A stretch of DNA of 64,000 bases from an uncultured Chloroflexia bacterium (GTDB lineage Bacteria > Chloroflexota > Anaerolineae > Anaerolineales > UBA4823), in the NCBI GenBank assembly GCA_963827155.1, contig CAWGZV010000002.1:2601062-2665061 (forward strand), in the 5' to 3' direction. The notes beneath the pieces are model-generated. The model made no database searches and was not told where the DNA came from. It was given only the letters and a program-made list of their open reading frames with translations. Every line of letters starts with the position of its first letter. The stretch's first letter is position 1. This document shows positions 40,950-51,332 of this stretch, piece after piece. A program made the translations under genes and the position numbers.

Positions 40950-41363
40950 ATGAATGTCGATCCCGTGCCAAGAACCAAGACAACAATTTTATATGTCGAA
41001 GACAATACCGACAACCGCGTCCTGGTCAAGCGCATTTTAATGGCTGAGGGATTCGCGTTATTAGAAGCAGCGAATGCGCTCGAGGCGGTTGAGATGCTTG
41101 CAGACCGATCTGCGGATTTGATCCTGATGGACATCAACATGCCGGACATCGATGGCTATACGCTCACGACAATCTTCAAGTCTATCCCTGGGATAAGCCG
41201 AACCCCGATCATCGCAATGACCGCGAATGTGATGAAAGGCGATCGCGAGCGAAGCTTTGCCTCGGGCTGCGATGGTTATATCCAGAAGCCGATTGATGTT
41301 GATGCGCTCCCTCGTCAGATTGCCCGATTCCTCTACATGAGGGATTGTGAGAACAGGAGTTGA
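40950..41363 (+). CDS. Single-domain response regulator (DivK/CheY-like)
   Basis: YVEDN, LMDINMP, AMTA, YIQKP. Confidence 0.93.
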   Translation: MNVDPVPRTKTTILYVEDNTDNRVLVKRILMAEGFALLEAANALEAVEMLADRSADLILMDINMPDIDGYTLTTIFKSIPGISRTPIIAMTANVMKGDRERSFASGCDGYIQKPIDVDALPRQIARFLYMRDCENRS

Positions 41364-41807
41364 ACTTGGAGCGAGAATTCATAAGCGTACGTAATCCGGA
41401 TCCTATTTCCGATGGGATTACCGTTCTGGTCGTGGAAGACAATGTCGCTAATTTTATCTTAATTGCACGCATGTTGGGTTTGTTGGGAATTCATTGCGAA
41501 TGGAAAACTTCTGGATATGAAGTCGTTGAATATGCCGATAATCTCCCACGGCTCGATTTGATCCTCCTGGACATTCGGCTCCCTTATGAGGACGGATTCA
41601 GCGCATTGAAAAAGATCCGCGGGGCGGAAAGACTTAAACATACCGCTTGTAGTCGCCGTAACAGCGGAAGCGAGCAATGAACATATGAATAGAGCTCGTC
41701 TGGCACAGTTCGATGGATTCATAGGCAAACCATTGAACCCTGACCGCTTTCCCGACCAGATCCGTCGGATCCTGGCAGGTGATCCAGTTTGGGAAATTGA
41801 TCAGTAG
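41360..41807 (+). CDS. Second single-domain response regulator; frameshift ~41642
   Basis: VVEDN, LLDIRLP. The shifted frame supplies PLVVAVTA...FDGFIGKP...WEIDQ and a stop at 41805-41807. Confidence 0.85.
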
Positions 41808-41955
41808 TGTGTTTGTCAGGTTGCAATTCTGCAAGGAAACCTTCCATTAAAACGATTGGGAGGGATAATCTTTATCCGATATCCTTTTCTTTGAATGTCG
41901 AATCTGGCCTCCATTGTGATAAGAGGATGCTTTCATACACCAGGTTTATGGGAGA

Positions 41956-43697
41956 GTGCTGATGTCCTCACCTGAAAGCCCACCCACCCGGGTAACTCAT
42001 AATCACCTGACCCGCAGGATGACAATCACCATCCTTCCGGTTGGGCTGATCCCTGTCATTGTTATGGGATTGTTAATCTCCACTATCACGAATATGGCGG
42101 GGACCGTTGGAAATGCCGAGTTTTCCAGGCTCACAATTGGTTCAGTTGTCGCTTTGACTCTGATCGCATGGCTGGTATCTTGGCTGATCGCGAAAAGATT
42201 AGCAGGTCCCTTAGTCAGCTTGAGCCAGGCGATGGAAAGTTTTACTTTGGGGAACTGGGATCAACGTGCTTCAGTCTCTCAGAGAGATGACACTGCCAGG
42301 CTGGCAGAACTTTTCAACCAAATCGCGGATGAATATCGCTCAACTTACCAATCTCTGACGCTACGCGAAGGAGTGGGGCACGTTGGACCCGATCAGGGAA
42401 TCAGTCAGATCGCCTGGATAGCTGTTCAAGCAGAAAGCCAAACCGAGATGCTGGAGGGAGCGCTCGAGACGCTGGTTAGAGGCTTCGGCTTAACTTACGC
42501 GGCGATCTATCTAATCGAGCAAGATCATTTGCGCGAAAAACGCTCCGCCAATATGCTGCATTCTTACCAATTGCCAGGATTTGATGCTACAGGTACGGAG
42601 CAAATTAAGCGTCCAGATACAGTCGACCTTGAAACTGTCCCCACCCTCGAATGGCAGGTCAGTAAGGCGATCGCGACTCGTCAGGCACAAGTTGCAGAAA
42701 GCCATCAAGAGGTTGGATTATTCGAGGCGGCTGTGCCTTTATTGCGTGCCGGGCAAGTTATCGGAGCTTTGGAGCTTTTGGCTTTCAGCCGCAGCGGCGA
42801 TGCGCGACTCGGTCCTTTCGGGTGCGCGGTCTGGTGGAGATACAGAAGGCAGCAGGCATTATTGCACTTGGTCTGATCGATTCCCAACCCCTTGATTCAG
42901 ATTCCACGAAGGGGGAAAAATCTGAGGGAAAATCTGGATTGCTAAAGGAATCAATCTCGCTAAAAGAAACTGCTCAGGCACAAACAGATCGTCAACTTAG
43001 CCAGCTGCGAACATTCTGGAACATCAGTCAGGCTATTTCGCTTGAAACGGACCTCAATCCACTTTTTGAGATGATCCATCACCAGTTGGAGAATGCAATG
43101 GGAAATCTCAACTCATTTACCATCGCACTATATGATCTTGGAGAAAATGACCAGCTCGATGGGACTATCCGGATCCCATACTCTGTTGAAGATGGCCGAA
43201 AACTCAGGTATGAACCTTTTCCATTAGGAGAAGGATTGACATCCATTGTTATTCGAACTCGAAAATCACTCCTCATATCCAAAAATGTCGAAGAACAACT
43301 GCGGCAGCTGGATGTCAAGATGGCTGATATGCCCTCAAAGTCATGGTTGGGGGCACCGATGATTTACGCCGGAGATATGATTGGAGTAATCGTCGTACAA
43401 GATGTCACCAGGGATGATCGGTTCAACGAGGAAGACGAACGGATGCTGACAGCTCTTGCTGCCCAGGCTGCGGTGGTTGTTCGCAACGCCAGCCTCCTTG
43501 AGGCTGCTCGCCGGCAAGCAAGGCAAGAAAAATTAACCAATGAAATTACCGCTCGGGTTCGGCGTGCATCCGATATCCAGACGATCCTTATGACGACCGC
43601 GCGTGAGCTCGGAGCGGCACTAGGAGTTCGGAGTGCACATATCCATTTGAATCCCGAATTTTCAGAGCCACCGACGGGAATGGGGGCAGAGCCGTGA
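41956..43697 (+). CDS. Membrane HAMP-GAF-GAF sensor with no output domain; frameshift ~42820
   Basis: Two TMs, HAMP (PLVSL...DDTARLAELFNQ), GAF (WLGAPMIYAGDMIGVI), half-GAF tail. Confidence 0.8.
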
Positions 43698-45413
43698 AAC
43701 TATCGATCTTCAATTTGCGCGGGTCAGAGAATGGGTGGGGCGCCTCTAATAGTCCCTCAACTCGTTTCGGTCTGGACTCAACGGGCGATAAGAAGCTTGG
43801 TCTCGATATTAATAACCGAAATCCTGGCGTTGAACTTCGCACGCAGATGCTTAACAATCTGCTGATTGCTGCAGTTTTCACTTCAGGAATTCTATACCTG
43901 TTGGGATTACCAGCGATGCTTCAGGACCACCAATGGGGGCGGATTTTTGTATACGGACTGATTGCGATTACGATTATTGCTTTAAATCGGGCGGAAAAGC
44001 TCGTTTTCGCCTGGAGATCGGCAATTTTTCTTGGGATAATCTTTGCTGGCGGCGCATTCATGCTAGCAACCGAGGGTCTTTCCGGTAATGGTCGACTGCT
44101 GCTGCTGGCTCTACCTATTCTTGCTACATTCCTTCTGGTCGATTTTCGCTTCACCCACCTGCTCCGGTTCAGCGCCTGGGCATTAAGTCTGATTACGTTG
44201 GTTACGATTGGAATATTTACAATCCAGGGATATCTATCGATCGGAGAACCCGGGGAAAATAACCCAAATTGGGTGAGTGCAACCGTCGGTTTTCTGATGT
44301 TTGCATTCGTCGGTATGTTCACATTCGAACGCTATATCAAGATGCAGGAGGCAAATCACGACCGGCAGGTAGATCTCGCACGAGAGAGCGAGCTTTTGAT
44401 GAGCCGCTTGACAAAGCAGACAGGGATTTTAACCCACAGATTGATCCAAATCCGCACTGCCGCAGAGATCAACGCGGTAGCCAGCAGTCTGCAGGACCCA
44501 AAAACACTGTTTTACCAGGTGTGTGAGCTCGTTAGGGAACGATTCGGATTGTATTATGTTGGGATTTTTCTGATTGAACCGAATACAAATATGGCAGTGC
44601 TTACTTCTGGGACCGGTGAAGCCGGTAAGATCATGTTGGCAGAACATCATCAATTAGTTGTAGGGGGTGATTCGATGATCGGATGGGCGACAGCCAATCG
44701 TAAGGCGCGAATTGCACTAGATGTTGGACAAGAAGCGGTTCGTTTTAACAATCCGCATCTACCAGAGACTTCGATCTGAGCTGGCTCTCCCGATCGTCAG
44801 TCAGCAGGGGGCACTGGGAGCGATTACTATCCAATCGCAAATAGAATCCGCGTTCGATCAAGATGACATCATCGTGTTTCAAAGCGTAGCCGACAGCCTC
44901 GCCAGTGCGATCGAGAACTCCAGGCTTTTCGAACAGGTTCAGAATAATCTTGAGGAAATATCCACACTTCATCGCCAATATCTGCGTGAGGCCTGGTCCC
45001 AAGTAATTGAAGATCAAGGTCCACAGGAGTATCTTTATGAAGCCGGAACAGGACAAACCAGATCCCCAGGTCAGAATGTGAGCATTCATCTACCAATCCG
45101 CCTTCGAGAACAGGTGATTGGGGACATTCGATTGGATACCGACCCTGAACGAAAACCTGGAATGGAAGAGCTTGCTCTAGCTGAAAGCGTGCTGAGTCAA
45201 ACCGCTTTAGCGCTCGAGAACGCTCGCCTCTTAGAAGAAACTCGGCAACGCGCCAACCAGGAAATCCTGGCAGCTGCGATTACTACCAGAATCTGGTCCT
45301 CAAGTAATATCGAGACAATCATGCGCACTGCCCTTGAAGAGATTGGCAGCTCTCTTGATGTCGAAAGTGCATCGATCGAGATTTGGCCGCAGCATATGGG
45401 AGATAATCAATGA
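43694..45413 (+). CDS. Multi-TM GAF sensor with no output domain; frameshift ~44771
   Basis: About 5 TMs; GAF (SMIGWA, LPET|RSELALP after removing one T); half-GAF tail. Confidence 0.82.
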
Positions 45414-48346
45414 CCCCAACCGCTGAACTTACTCTCCAATATATCGGCTGGTTTCTCGCCCTCTTTGAACTGATTTTTGCGGTCTATCTTATTTTTATTA
45501 ATCCACGGAATCTCACTAATATCTTGGCAGGTGCTTTTATTTTCCTGTTAGCGGTGATCACTGTCGGCGTTGGTTCGTTAGCAGGAGCCGCCTATCGCAT
45601 GTCAGCCGAAACATATACCGGGCTATTAGCTGCCCTGATTCCAGCCCTTTTCCCATTGGAGTTGGCTGCCCTGATTTCTATCTTCCGACCTGCTGTTTTT
45701 CAATCTAAACGCTGGCGTTGGTTGGTGTGGGCTGTTGGAGTAATCGCACTTATTCCAGTGGTGTTAACGATCACGGATATTCGAACTGCCTGGTCACTTT
45801 GGTACAGTGGGATCCCGGCAGATTATTCCAGTGGGTATCTCCCTCTCCGCGCTTATACTCAGGGATTTCTTTCTCCGCTTGTCTATTTCATTAATTTCTT
45901 GTTGAGCGGTCTCGGGGTATTAATTTTCTTGATCAAAGCTGGTTTCTGGGAACAGCATGCTCCGAAAGCATATAAAAGGGCAGCCTGGATCCTGCTGATT
46001 GCTAACCTCGCGGTAGGGGCTGCTGCTGCTATTCAATCCAGTGGTATGGCAAGCGTGATCCTGGCGATCACTGCAACATTGGTTTACCTTCTTGGGATCG
46101 GGGCTGCCATTACAGGGGAACTCATCTCAGTTAACAATCCTGGTCGAAGCCTCCAGGTGCGGCTAACAGGTCTGACTTTGATTGTGGCGATCCCAATGAT
46201 CATTGGGATTTCGATGTTCCTGACTGAGCAGGCCCGCCGCAGTATGATTAGTAACGCTAACCAAAACCTGGGAACTGCAAACTATTCGGTGTACGGGTCA
46301 ATCAGTCAGTGGCTGGAATACAACAGCAAAGCCCTCCAGAACCTGGTTAGCAGCCCAGATGCAATCACTATGAACTCGCTGTGGCAAAAACCTCTCTTGG
46401 AAGAGATGGCTGTGAACTACCCATATATGTACCTGATCAGCACAGTGGATGTCAACGGGGTGAATAAAGCTCGCAGTGACAGTCAACCACTGGAAACATA
46501 CAAAGACCGCTATTGGTTCCAGAATGCAATGCGCGGCGCTCCGGTGACTTACGAAGCGTTGTTAGGCAAGACAAATGGAACGCCTTCACTGATCGTTTCG
46601 ATGCCTATTTATCGTGAGGATAAGCGTGTGGTAGGTGTTGGTATGTTTGCCAGCGAGCTAAGCGATGTCTCCAAAGTAGTACAGAATATTCAATTAGGAG
46701 TGGGAGGCAGCGCATTCGTCGTGGACCAGCGTAATGTAATGGTCTCTCACTCTGACCCAAAGGCTGCTCTGCTAGCAAACATGGGGGGCAATCCAGCGGT
46801 AAAAGCGATAAGAGAGGGGAAGCAGGGCGCTTTTGCATATTCAGACACTAAGGGAGAACGGATTGAAGCGTACATAGACCTGCTTCCCAATGGTTGGGGT
46901 GTTGTGACCCAACAAACTGAGGCCGGTATGTTCATGCCAATTCGCCAGATTCAAAAACTGGCGTACATCGTCCTCGTGATTGGCGCGGCATTAATGTCAC
47001 TGCTTGCCTGGACAACAATCCGGCAAGCACTTCGTCCAATTGAGGAATTGACTGAGATTGCCAGGTCCATCAGTCAAGGCAATCTGTCCCGACGAGTCGC
47101 AGTAACCACAGACAATCTGGACGATAAAGATGAACTGGGAACACTTGCTGATTCATTCAATCTTATGACGGACCAGCTTCAAGAACTGATCGGTGGATTG
47201 GAAAGCCGCGTCGACGAGCGAACAACAGAATTGAAACGGCGCATGTTGCAGCTCCAAGTGGCTTCAGAAGTAGCGAGAGAAACGGCTGCAATCAAGGATC
47301 ATGACAGATTATACGAACGCGTAGTCCACTTGATCTCCGAACGCCTCGGGTATGACCATGTCGGCATTTTTTCGATCGAGTCCCACCATTTTCCTGGTTC
47401 ACGGGCAGCTGATCCGACCCAGGGATTTGCAGTGCTGCGCTCAGCCTCATCAGAAGGCGGTGAGCGAATGTTGAGAAAAGGTCATAGGCTGCAGATTGGG
47501 CGGGAAGGCATTGTCGGTTTTGTCGCTTCAACAGGCAGACCCCGGATCGTGTTAGATGTTGGCAGCGATGCCGTATATTTTAATAATCCCGAGCTGCCGC
47601 TCACTCGGTCCGAGATGGCTCTGCCCCTTAAAATCCAAAATAAAGTGATCGGAATCCTCGATGTCCAGTCGAACCAGCCATCTGCTTTCACAAATGAAGA
47701 TTTAGAGATCTTGCAAATCCTGGCTGATCAGGTGGCGCTGGCAATCGAAAATGCGCGCCTGCTTTCAGAGAGCCGGGAGACAGTGCTTGAGCTTGAAACA
47801 CAATATGGAATGCAAATAAGCAAGGGTTGGGCTAAGCATTTAGGGAAAAAACCGATCGTTTACACTTACGATCGGGCTGGTAAGATTAAAATTAACCCGC
47901 CGAATGATGAGAGCGGTCCACAGGAAAATGGAGATAACATTCACGCTGAAATTAACGCTCCAATAGAGCTTCGAGGTCAACGAATTGGAGCCTTCAAACT
48001 TCGAAAAGAACAAACCTCAAAGGGTTGGTCTGAAGCCGACCAAAACCTGGTGCGTAAAACTGCAGCCCAGCTGGCATTATCCTTAGAAAATGCTCGCCTG
48101 ATGGAGGAGATTCGCAGCAAAGCAAACCAGGAAGAAATGATTAACAGCGTGGTTGCCAAAACCCAAAGTTCACTGAACCTCGAAAGTGTCATGAAAAAAG
48201 CAGTGCTTGAGATCGGACGCTCGATGCATCTTTCCAGGGTGCAAATTCGGCTGGGTACAGAACCATGCGAGTCCGGCGGAGGCTCTCCGGAGAACGGAAA
48301 TGGAAAAGGGGCAGGAAAGCACCAGACGCAGGAGTCGGAAGAATGA
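45410..48346 (+). CDS. Multi-TM Cache-HAMP-GAF sensor with no output domain
   Basis: About 7 N-terminal TMs; Cache-like region (YKDRYWF, AFVVDQRNVMVSH); HAMP (DELGTLADSFN); GAF (TRSEMALPL); half-GAF tail. Confidence 0.88.
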   Translation: MTPTAELTLQYIGWFLALFELIFAVYLIFINPRNLTNILAGAFIFLLAVITVGVGSLAGAAYRMSAETYTGLLAALIPALFPLELAALISIFRPAVFQSKRWRWLVWAVGVIALIPVVLTITDIRTAWSLWYSGIPADYSSGYLPLRAYTQGFLSPLVYFINFLLSGLGVLIFLIKAGFWEQHAPKAYKRAAWILLIANLAVGAAAAIQSSGMASVILAITATLVYLLGIGAAITGELISVNNPGRSLQVRLTGLTLIVAIPMIIGISMFLTEQARRSMISNANQNLGTANYSVYGSISQWLEYNSKALQNLVSSPDAITMNSLWQKPLLEEMAVNYPYMYLISTVDVNGVNKARSDSQPLETYKDRYWFQNAMRGAPVTYEALLGKTNGTPSLIVSMPIYREDKRVVGVGMFASELSDVSKVVQNIQLGVGGSAFVVDQRNVMVSHSDPKAALLANMGGNPAVKAIREGKQGAFAYSDTKGERIEAYIDLLPNGWGVVTQQTEAGMFMPIRQIQKLAYIVLVIGAALMSLLAWTTIRQALRPIEELTEIARSISQGNLSRRVAVTTDNLDDKDELGTLADSFNLMTDQLQELIGGLESRVDERTTELKRRMLQLQVASEVARETAAIKDHDRLYERVVHLISERLGYDHVGIFSIESHHFPGSRAADPTQGFAVLRSASSEGGERMLRKGHRLQIGREGIVGFVASTGRPRIVLDVGSDAVYFNNPELPLTRSEMALPLKIQNKVIGILDVQSNQPSAFTNEDLEILQILADQVALAIENARLLSESRETVLELETQYGMQISKGWAKHLGKKPIVYTYDRAGKIKINPPNDESGPQENGDNIHAEINAPIELRGQRIGAFKLRKEQTSKGWSEADQNLVRKTAAQLALSLENARLMEEIRSKANQEEMINSVVAKTQSSLNLESVMKKAVLEIGRSMHLSRVQIRLGTEPCESGGGSPENGNGKGAGKHQTQESEE

Positions 48347-50256
48347 GCGCAGCCGTTGATCATCAGATCAAATCGAACACACCTGAACAAAGCCGGAGAG
48401 GATTCTCGGTTGTCCAGAAGGCAGGATTAGCATTGATTATCATGATCTTCCTGGTAACTGCAGCCAGTGGGATCAGTCTCTGGTTTGCCGCCAGTGTACA
48501 ACAGTCCGTTAAATCAATGCGCACGGCAACTGAGCAGTCTATCCGAGTATCTGACCTCCAACTTCGCTGGTTGGCAATCGCTGGGATTTTGGATACACTA
48601 TCTGTTACCCGATCGACACCGGTGGTGAAAGAAGCTCTTAATGATCAGCTTGCAGAGCTGGAGAGACAGCTTGCTGCAATCGCTTCTGAGCCGCTTGGAT
48701 TGAGCTCGGAGATGATTGCCAAAAATCAAGCGCTGACAAACCAACTACGCAAGACTGGGCTTGAAATGACCACCCTGGTAGGCGAGCTGTACGAACTGAT
48801 TGAACAAGGACGATGGGGCACTGCGCTGCAGCGGCGTCAATCTGGCATGGCCGTGATGCAGGCTCAACTGGGCGAAACCTTATCTCAACTCAACGCTAAT
48901 ATTCAAAACGAAGTTACTGCTCAGGTAAGTGAGATCGCACGGATGCAGTCTCTTGCACGCTCTTTCGCTCTGGCAGCAGTAGCGATGGCATTATTATTTT
49001 CGGTGGCAGCTGTGTGGTTCACACGGCGTACGATCTTGCGCCCAGTCCAGAGATTAACAGCGGATGTCCGGAGAATTTCTGGGGCGCGCTCGGCCACCGA
49101 GCTTGGAGAAATAGAGCCGCTACCCCAACAAGATGAGCTTGGCGAGCTTTCACAGGCAATGTCGCGAATGGCAGGATGGCTTCGCGAATCCTATTTGAAA
49201 CTTGAAGAACAGGTTGAAGAGCGTACTGCGCAGCTCCATAAACGCTCGGTGCAGCTTGAAGTAGCCGCCCAAGTCGCTAAAGATATTGCGGCAACTCACG
49301 AGCTGGAAGTCCTTTTGTACCAGGCAGTCAACACCATTCGGGATCGATTCGATTTCTATCACGCCGGTATTTTCTTAATCGATCAGCAAGCTGAATTTGC
49401 AGTATTACGTGCTGCTACTGGAGAGGCAGGACGAGAGATGCTAGCGCGAGGACATCGATTGAAAGTTGGAGGGACGGGATTGGTTGGCCATGCCGCCCAG
49501 TCAGGTGAAAGTAGGATCAGCGCGGATGTCCGGTTTGAGCTGGAACATTATAAGAATCCACTGCTCCCCGAAACTCGATCGGAGGCTGCATTCCCACTTA
49601 TCGTAAGTGGGCAGGTCATTGGGGTCCTCGATGTTCAGAGCGATCGGGTGGAGGCTTTTGAGCAAGAGAGCGTAGAGACGATGCAAATTATGGCAGATCA
49701 ACTGGCGATCGCAATCCAGAACGCCAAGCTGATCCAGCAAAGTCAGGAAAACATCAGAGAGCTTGAGGCGGCATACAGCCGGATCAATAAGCAAGATTGG
49801 GTGCAATTTATTCGGCGAAGTGATGTCGTTGGGTATTCTTTCGATGGTCTGGAAATCCGTCCTATCATGCGAGAAAATCTCTCTTTCGATGGCTGCGAAC
49901 CAGACACAAGCGCAAATGAAACGGTAGAATCAACTGCAGATTTCAAGGTAGGAGCTGTTCATATTCCTCTACAGATCCGGGGTGAATTGATTGGCAATCT
50001 CGAATTATGGACTCAAGACGAAGAATTTACTGAAGATGATTTCATTGTGCTCGACACAATCAGCAGCCGGTTGAGTCAGATCCTGGACAGCGCCCGACTT
50101 TATGAGGATACTCAACGGAGAGCCGATAGAGAGCGCCTTGCTTCAGCCATCACAGCTAAGTTGCGAGCCTCTAACGATCCACATGCCATTCTTAGTACTG
50201 CAGTAAAGGAGCTTCGAAAAGCACTGCAAACAGAAAAGGAGCAGGTTTCTTTGTGA
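48343..50256 (+). CDS. Four-helix-bundle-HAMP-GAF sensor with no output domain
   Basis: TM, helical extracytoplasmic region, TM, HAMP (DELGELSQAM), GAF (TRSEAAFPL), half-GAF tail; ATGA overlap with the previous gene. Confidence 0.87.
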   Translation: MSAAVDHQIKSNTPEQSRRGFSVVQKAGLALIIMIFLVTAASGISLWFAASVQQSVKSMRTATEQSIRVSDLQLRWLAIAGILDTLSVTRSTPVVKEALNDQLAELERQLAAIASEPLGLSSEMIAKNQALTNQLRKTGLEMTTLVGELYELIEQGRWGTALQRRQSGMAVMQAQLGETLSQLNANIQNEVTAQVSEIARMQSLARSFALAAVAMALLFSVAAVWFTRRTILRPVQRLTADVRRISGARSATELGEIEPLPQQDELGELSQAMSRMAGWLRESYLKLEEQVEERTAQLHKRSVQLEVAAQVAKDIAATHELEVLLYQAVNTIRDRFDFYHAGIFLIDQQAEFAVLRAATGEAGREMLARGHRLKVGGTGLVGHAAQSGESRISADVRFELEHYKNPLLPETRSEAAFPLIVSGQVIGVLDVQSDRVEAFEQESVETMQIMADQLAIAIQNAKLIQQSQENIRELEAAYSRINKQDWVQFIRRSDVVGYSFDGLEIRPIMRENLSFDGCEPDTSANETVESTADFKVGAVHIPLQIRGELIGNLELWTQDEEFTEDDFIVLDTISSRLSQILDSARLYEDTQRRADRERLASAITAKLRASNDPHAILSTAVKELRKALQTEKEQVSL

Positions 50257-50315
50257 TCTGCTCCGGTTAAGGCAGATATTGGTCAACGCTGCAAATCGGC
50301 AAGATTGAACTGGAA

Positions 50316-51332
50316 GTGCATGAAACCCGAGATTATGGAGTTGAGTGTATGAACAACAACGAATTTACCCCGAAGGATCAAAGTGTCTTCGAACCAGGAC
50401 CGGAGACTTCAATCGAGCCGCATGCGGATGATAATTCGCAATCAAAAGATCTGGACATTCATCACAGCAGTGAAACTGGGTTGGAAACCAAATCCAAGAA
50501 CCCTTTGGTTATAGCGCTTGCGAACCAAAAAGGAGGTGTGGCTAAAACAACCAGCGCAGTCTCGTTGGGAGGCGCATTGGCGAGCAGATCGTTTGATGTA
50601 TTGTTAATAGATTTGGACGCCCAGGCTAATTTAACGCTTGCACTGGGGAAAGATCCAGCTCGAGTGCGCAGCTCGATAACGGATGTGCTCTTCCATTCGG
50701 CAACGCTGTTGAGCGTCAGCAGGGAAACCAATATCCCTGGGTTGGATCTTGTGCCATCAAATTCTGGAATGGAGCTCGCTGAACGTTTCTTGCCAGTTCG
50801 AAAAGATTATGAAACTATCATGAAGCGAATTTTCGATAAGGAGCTGCGTACTATTGGCAAGTCGGGATCTCGCCTTGAAATGCGAGAAAGTCCATCTTTC
50901 GAACATATTCTTCCAGTAATTCAATATGATTACATTATTCTGGATTGCCCACCATTTATGGGGGCGGTCACATTGAATGCTTTGATTGCATCCGACCTGC
51001 TGATCATCCCTACCCAACCAGAATTCTTCTCGGCTCACGCACTGCGTACGATGATGACCTCGATCCGCCAGGTGAGGGCTCAACTCAATACAAATCTTGT
51101 TTACCGAATCCTGGTCACGATGTTAGATAAACGTAACCGAATCCATCGCCAGATCCGCGATCAGATTATTAAGACCTTTGGCGAAGGTGTCTTTTCCACG
51201 ATTATTGAGGTAGATACCAAGCTGCGCGAGAGCGCGATTGAGGGAAAGCCAATCCATTATCACAAGGCACATACTCGGAGTGCGATCCAATATGATGCCT
51301 TAGCGCAGGAGATTATCGATTATGGTCGCTAG
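50316..51332 (+). CDS. ParA/Soj-family ATPase (orphan, no parB)
   Basis: ANQKGGVAKTT, IDLDAQANL, DLVPS, ILDCPP, IIPTQPE. Confidence 0.92.
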   Translation: MHETRDYGVECMNNNEFTPKDQSVFEPGPETSIEPHADDNSQSKDLDIHHSSETGLETKSKNPLVIALANQKGGVAKTTSAVSLGGALASRSFDVLLIDLDAQANLTLALGKDPARVRSSITDVLFHSATLLSVSRETNIPGLDLVPSNSGMELAERFLPVRKDYETIMKRIFDKELRTIGKSGSRLEMRESPSFEHILPVIQYDYIILDCPPFMGAVTLNALIASDLLIIPTQPEFFSAHALRTMMTSIRQVRAQLNTNLVYRILVTMLDKRNRIHRQIRDQIIKTFGEGVFSTIIEVDTKLRESAIEGKPIHYHKAHTRSAIQYDALAQEIIDYGR